Source: an uncultured delta proteobacterium (GTDB lineage Bacteria > Desulfobacterota > Binatia > UBA9968). From it: a stretch of DNA of 64,000 nt. The DNA is taken from NCBI GenBank assembly GCA_963771465.1, contig CAVYTU010000012.1, forward strand, positions 96,001-160,000. The letters are read 5' to 3'. Shown here one piece after another: positions 59,630 through 64,000 of the stretch (positions are counted from its first letter, which is position 1; the number at the start of each line of letters is the position of its first letter). Below the pieces are notes generated by a model that saw only the letters and a list, made by a program, of their open reading frames with translations, did not search any database and had not been told where the DNA came from. A program made the position numbers and the translations under genes.

Positions 59630-60658
59630 ATGATGGAAAAACCACTGGAGCAAATGGGGTTGCGCGATTTGCGCGGGATCATGCGCCGCAAGGCGCCGGC
59701 GGAGGCTTGGGAGCATTTTAACGGCGCGGCGGAGACCAAGGCGACGTTTCGCCGCAATCCGCGCGCGTTTCAACAGTATTTGTTTCGCCAGAAAATATTT
59801 CACGACGTAAACGATCCCGATATTTCCGTCGAACTGTTTGGCCACACGCTGCCGACGCCGGCAATCACGGCGCCGGTGGGAAGTTTTTGCTTAATCAGCA
59901 AGGAGGCTGAGCGTGAAGTCGCCGAGGGAACCGAGCGGGTCGGCGCCATGATGCTTACCAGCCAGGCGGCGAAGTTCGATCCCAAGGGTTGGCGCGCCGC
60001 GGCGAAGTCGCCGCTGGTGTTCATGGCCTATATGAACCGCGGCAGAGAGGAAGTCGAAGCCTACGCCAAGAGCGCTGAGGATTTGGGCTTTGCGGCCGTC
60101 GGTATCACCATGGATACGGTAAAACCGGTGAAGATCGGCGACGAAGTGCCGCTCTCGACCAAAGACGGCAAGCCGCGCAAGGGCCACAAGTCGACGCCCA
60201 AAGATATTGAGTGGATGAAACAGATGGTGAAACTGCCGGTGGTCGTCAAAGGTATCATGGGTGAGGAGGATGCCCACGCGGCGGTGAACTCGGGTGCCGA
60301 CGCGGTGATCGTTTCCAATCACGGCGGGCGCATTCTCGATTTCAATCGCTCGGCTTTGGAGGCGCTGCCAGAGGTCGTCGAAGCCGTCGGCAGCCAAGTG
60401 CCGGTGCTGCTCGACAGCGGAGTGCGCAGCGGTGGCGATATCGTAAAGGCGTTGGCGTTGGGCGCGAAAGCAGTTCTCATTGGCCGGCCGGTTGCTTGGG
60501 GCGTCGGCGCTTTCGGCGCGCCGGGCGTGGAGCGAGTGTTCAATATTCTCGCTGAAGAAACGCAGCGCGTGTTGGTCATGACCGGCGTGGCGCGGGTGCG
60601 TGACGCGAGCAAAGCGATCTTGTTTCGTGACACCGCGGGCGGAGTAAGGGCTTTATGA
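59630..60658 (+). CDS. FMN-dependent alpha-hydroxy acid oxidase family protein
   Basis: VVKGI, VSNHGGR, DSGVRSG.D..KALALGA. Confidence 0.9.
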   Translation: MMEKPLEQMGLRDLRGIMRRKAPAEAWEHFNGAAETKATFRRNPRAFQQYLFRQKIFHDVNDPDISVELFGHTLPTPAITAPVGSFCLISKEAEREVAEGTERVGAMMLTSQAAKFDPKGWRAAAKSPLVFMAYMNRGREEVEAYAKSAEDLGFAAVGITMDTVKPVKIGDEVPLSTKDGKPRKGHKSTPKDIEWMKQMVKLPVVVKGIMGEEDAHAAVNSGADAVIVSNHGGRILDFNRSALEALPEVVEAVGSQVPVLLDSGVRSGGDIVKALALGAKAVLIGRPVAWGVGAFGAPGVERVFNILAEETQRVLVMTGVARVRDASKAILFRDTAGGVRAL

Positions 60659-61212
60659 TTTACGTCATCTGGGGCATCGTCTTCATCGTCGGTATTTGGG
60701 TCATCTCGACCTACAACACGCTGACGTCGTTGCGCTTGCGCATCGATAATGCCTGGCGCCAGATCGACGTGCAGCTCAAGCGGCGCTACGATTTGATTCC
60801 CAATCTGATCGAGACGGTCAAAGGCTACATGCAGTTCGAGCAGGACACACTGCAAAAAGTGATCGACGCGCGCAGCCAGGCCATGGGGTCCAAGGGCGTG
60901 AAAGATTCGGCCAATGCTCAGGCCGCGCTGACCCAATCTTTGGGCCAGGTGTTCGCGTTGATGGAGAACTATCCCGATCTCAAATCCAATCAAAATGTCT
61001 TGAACTTGCAAGAGGAGCTGACCGGCACCGAAAGCCGCATCGCCTTCGCGCGCCAGTACTACAACGATCTGGTGACGCAATATAACACCCGGCAGCAAGT
61101 CTTTCCGTCGAATATGATCGCGGGCTTTTTCCACTTCCAGGCGAGCGAGTTGTTTACCGTGCCGGAATCCGAAATGGCGCTGCCCAAGGTGAATCTCACG
61201 CTGCGTTCTTAA
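60655..61212 (+). CDS. lemA: LemA family protein
   Basis: IDVQLKRRYDLIPNL, ENYPDLK, FP.N. Confidence 0.96.
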   Translation: MIYVIWGIVFIVGIWVISTYNTLTSLRLRIDNAWRQIDVQLKRRYDLIPNLIETVKGYMQFEQDTLQKVIDARSQAMGSKGVKDSANAQAALTQSLGQVFALMENYPDLKSNQNVLNLQEELTGTESRIAFARQYYNDLVTQYNTRQQVFPSNMIAGFFHFQASELFTVPESEMALPKVNLTLRS

Positions 61213-61227
61213 CCGAGGTTTTTCCCT

Positions 61228-62211
61228 CTGGAGATCGCCTCGCCCCAAGATTTCGTTGCGCGCCAGAACCGCAATAGTTGGATCAGCGCGCTGATCATCT
61301 TTTGCTTCATCCTGTTTTTTATCGTCGTCGGGCTGGCGGTCGATTACGCCTATCTGGATTCATTTTCGCCGACCTCGGCGCCGATTCCGCTGGCGACCTT
61401 GTCGGCGCTGGGATTTTCCACGGTCATGACGCTCACGGGATTTTATTACGGTGCCGATTGGGTGCTCGCGTCGGTGGGCGCCGAACCGTTGGACGGCAAA
61501 ATTCCCGAGCACCGCGAGCTGCGCAACGTGGTGACCGAGATGGCGCTGGCGTCGGGCTGCCCGATGCCGAAGGTGTTCGTCACTTACGATCCTGCGCCCA
61601 ATGCGTTCGCTACCGGGCAAGATGAACAATCCGCGGCGATCTGTGTGACCACCGGGCTGCTCGCCTTGCTCGATCGCGACGAAACTCAAGGCGTGGTGGC
61701 GCACGAGATGGCGCATATTCGCAATCATGACACGATGGTGATGGTGTTGGTGAGCGTGCTCTTGGGCGGTATCGCGCTGCTCGCCGATTGGGCGCAACGC
61801 TCGGCATTCAGCTCGCGCCACACGCGTCGCGCCGGCCGCGGCAGCGCGCTGATCGCGATTCCGGCGCTCTTACTGGTGGCGCTCTCGCCGTTGATTTCGC
61901 GGCTGATGGCTATGGCGGTGTCGCGTCAGCGCGAGTATTTGGCCGACGCTACCGCCGTGGAGTTTAGCCGCAATCCGCTCGGCTTGGCGCAGGCGTTGGA
62001 GAAAATTCGCAATGCCGGTATGCCGTTTCATAAAGCGACCCGCGGCACGGCGCATCTCTTTATCGCCAACCCGCTGCGCCGCCGTGTCGACGAGCGCGAC
62101 GGCAAACTCGCCGATCTGTTGGCGACTCATCCGCCGATCGAAAAAAGAATTCAGCTGCTCTATCAAATGGCCGGCGTTCCGTATCGCGCCGTGCAACGTT
62201 TGCCGGCATAG
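61228..62211 (+). CDS. htpX: HtpX-like M48 zinc metalloprotease (probable CTG start)
   Basis: PNAFATG, HEMAH, SRQREYLAD, THPP; the frame upstream of 61399 is open and encodes the expected first TM. Confidence 0.88.
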   Translation: MEIASPQDFVARQNRNSWISALIIFCFILFFIVVGLAVDYAYLDSFSPTSAPIPLATLSALGFSTVMTLTGFYYGADWVLASVGAEPLDGKIPEHRELRNVVTEMALASGCPMPKVFVTYDPAPNAFATGQDEQSAAICVTTGLLALLDRDETQGVVAHEMAHIRNHDTMVMVLVSVLLGGIALLADWAQRSAFSSRHTRRAGRGSALIAIPALLLVALSPLISRLMAMAVSRQREYLADATAVEFSRNPLGLAQALEKIRNAGMPFHKATRGTAHLFIANPLRRRVDERDGKLADLLATHPPIEKRIQLLYQMAGVPYRAVQRLPA

Positions 62212-62222
62212 GAATATCGCAC

Positions 62223-62792
62223 TTGATCCCTTGCCCGCACTGTAACCGTGAGATGAATCAAGTCACGGTGCAGGCCAATCCCGGCCAGTTGATCATTCTC
62301 GATCAGTGCGGCCAATGCGGCGGCATCTGGTGCGACAAGTGGGAGCTCTTCCCCGTGGACGCCGATACGGCGGAGAGCATCGATCCGTTAAACAAAGCGC
62401 TGCTCACAGACCCGACGAAGCTCACGCAGAAACCGATCTATTGCCCGCGCTGCACGGCGGAACTTCATTTCTTCGCCGAACCGATTCTGCCCAAGGAAAT
62501 TCAACTGCTACGCTGCCACCGCTGCGACGGAATATGGCTCAACCGGGGCCAGTTTCGCCGTTACAAAGAATATCAGAAACAAACGCGCAGCAAAAAATTG
62601 GGCCCCCAGGCGCTGATCAGAAAAATACCGAGTGTTTACCAGAATCCGAAATCTTGGATTGTCACCGGCACCCAAGGCATCTTTGCCTATCCGCGCGGCG
62701 AGGCGCAGCCGGAGGACGTGGTTGAAAAAAGCCTCAGCGCCGTCGCCAAGGTGATACTGCAAAGTTTGTTGCGGCTAGTGATCGGTGTTTGA
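62223..62792 (+). CDS. Double zinc-ribbon (zf-TFIIB-like) protein
   Basis: CPHC..CGQCGGIW and CPRC..CHRCDGIW. Confidence 0.82.
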   Translation: MIPCPHCNREMNQVTVQANPGQLIILDQCGQCGGIWCDKWELFPVDADTAESIDPLNKALLTDPTKLTQKPIYCPRCTAELHFFAEPILPKEIQLLRCHRCDGIWLNRGQFRRYKEYQKQTRSKKLGPQALIRKIPSVYQNPKSWIVTGTQGIFAYPRGEAQPEDVVEKSLSAVAKVILQSLLRLVIGV

Positions 62793-62842
62793 CTGGGCAT
62801 CAAAAGAATGTGTTTTGAACTTCTGGCTGTGAAGCGGATCGA

Positions 62843-62930
62843 ATCCCCCTTTGAAAAGGGGGATGAAAGGGGGATTTGGCTTCGCGTCGACAGAAAAATC
62901 CCTCCTAACCTCCCTTTTTCAAAGGGAGGA
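62843..62930. repeat. Inverted pair of REP-like palindromes between convergent genes
   Basis: CCCCCTTTGAAAAGGGGG..GGGGGATTT / AAATCCCTCC..CTCCCTTTTTCAAAGGGAG. Confidence 0.75.
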
Positions 62931-62987
62931 AAGATTCGGACGGCTGAAACCATTCAACAAGCGGTAATAGGCGAACCTAGTCGCCGA

Positions 62988-63368
62988 TTAGACCGTAGCG
63001 ATAAAATCGATCTCCACCAGCGCGCCGCGCGGCAGATCGGCGACGGCAACCGTCGAGCGCGCCGGTTTCGCGTGTCCCAAGTACTCGGCGTAGACCGCGT
63101 TCATCGCCGCGAAGTCGGCGATGTTTTTCAAAAACACCGTGGCTTTGACGACGCGGTCAAGCGACGAACCGCCGGCTTCTAAGATCGCGCGTAGGTTTTC
63201 CATTACTTGGCGAGTTTGTTCAGTGATGCCGCCGGTGATGAGGTTGCCCGTTTTGGGATCGAGAGGAATTTGTCCAGAGGCGTAGACGAAATCACCGACC
63301 TTAATCCCTTGTTCGTAAGGACCGATGGCTTTCGGTGCGTTGTCGGTGCTGACCGTTACTTTGTTCAT
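62988..63368 (-). CDS. ridA: RidA family enamine/imine deaminase
   Basis: APKAIGPY, SGQIP, PARS, LVEID. Confidence 0.93.
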   Translation of the reverse strand: MNKVTVSTDNAPKAIGPYEQGIKVGDFVYASGQIPLDPKTGNLITGGITEQTRQVMENLRAILEAGGSSLDRVVKATVFLKNIADFAAMNAVYAEYLGHAKPARSTVAVADLPRGALVEIDFIATV

Positions 63369-63488
63369 GGCTAGATTCTCCCAACAAGATTTTGCCAATC
63401 CTACAACAAGAAGTAATCGACTCGCAACGTTAGGCTATTCGATCGACTTGCGCTTGCCGGGTGTGCTGTGATTGATTGCTCTCAAGCG

Positions 63489-63713
63489 ATGAAACTTCTC
63501 ACGGCGCACAAAATACTGATCACCAGCGCGCTCGTCTTCTTTGTCTTTTTCGCATGGTGGGAGTTCCGCAATTATTCAAACAATGGCGATGGTTGGGCGG
63601 CTTGGCGCAGCGCATTGTATCTTGTCGTCGCGCTCGGATTCGGCGCCTATCTGAAGAATCTCAAACGCTGGTACAAGTCATTAAGGCCGAAGGAGACAGA
63701 GAAAAGAGATTGA
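63489..63713 (+). CDS. Small 2-TM membrane protein
   Basis: Two hydrophobic helices; 3 nt before the HNH gene. Confidence 0.7.
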   Translation: MKLLTAHKILITSALVFFVFFAWWEFRNYSNNGDGWAAWRSALYLVVALGFGAYLKNLKRWYKSLRPKETEKRD

Positions 63714-63716
63714 GCG

Positions 63717-64000
63717 ATGGAACCGTTGCCGTTTTTGGTCGAAGTTCCCGATGAACAGATTCGCCGCGAACGCCACAAGGCGCGCGAACTGCGCGCTAGC
63801 CAGTGGTGGAAGCGCAAGCGCGCGGCGGGGAATTGCCATCATTGCGGCGGCAAGTTTGCGCCGACGGAATTGACGATGGATCATCTGGTGCCGGTCATCC
63901 GCGGTGGCAAGTCGACTAAAGGGAATCTTGTGCCGAGCTGCAAGGCGTGCAATTCAGCACGCAAACATAAATTGCCCTTCGAAGTTAATCCTCGCGTAGG
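63717..64000 (+). CDS. HNH endonuclease (runs off window)
   Basis: Manual translation ...ELRASQWWK..CHHC..TMDHLVP..RGG..NLVPSCKACN. Confidence 0.9.
   Translation, partial: MEPLPFLVEVPDEQIRRERHKARELRASQWWKRKRAAGNCHHCGGKFAPTELTMDHLVPVIRGGKSTKGNLVPSCKACNSARKHKLPFEVNPRV

Noticed and set aside
60319-61248. Long minus-strand ORF (309 aa); similar shadow ORFs at 28813-29598, 32704-33546 and 6923-7705
   Set aside because: Antisense to well-supported genes; expected from high-GC codon bias; no motifs
62808-63182. 124-aa plus-strand ORF
   Set aside because: Made of the REP-like repeat and the antisense strand of ridA
63717-64000. HNH gene as a mobile or defence element
   Set aside because: Small standalone HNH in housekeeping context with no flanking mobility signals visible; truncated by the window edge

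Overview
A gene-dense, GC-rich bacterial chromosomal window. I found no rRNA, tRNA, CRISPR array, transposase or prophage. The gene content (many orphan SsuA/THI5 and TctC/Bug solute-binding proteins, amidohydrolases, SDRs, orphan EutA) resembles Candidatus Binatia or related deltaproteobacteria, but that is inference. Main blocks: an A1-type cytochrome c oxidase operon with a frameshifted heme A synthase and small accessory membrane genes (4.4-11.9 kb); nadX, a TPP enzyme and an MFS transporter; an accessory patch with small ORFs, a gene remnant and a candidate sRNA/peptide unit (17.5-21.3 kb); a 7-gene DUF4175/TPR-peptidase/MoxR/DUF58/BatA-vWA/DUF4159/GATase-like operon; eutA; a TPR-ferredoxin unit; a carboxyltransferase; hisIG; a CutA-NUDIX fusion; tupABC; and lemA-htpX. 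The best candidate for an undescribed system is a translationally coupled 4-gene operon (42.7-47.4 kb). It pairs a tryptophanase-fold PLP enzyme with a remodelled active site with an acyl-CoA ligase and two SDRs. Intergenic spaces carry heptamer-periodic inverted repeats and several REP-like palindromes. All family assignments come from motif recognition by eye, not database searches.
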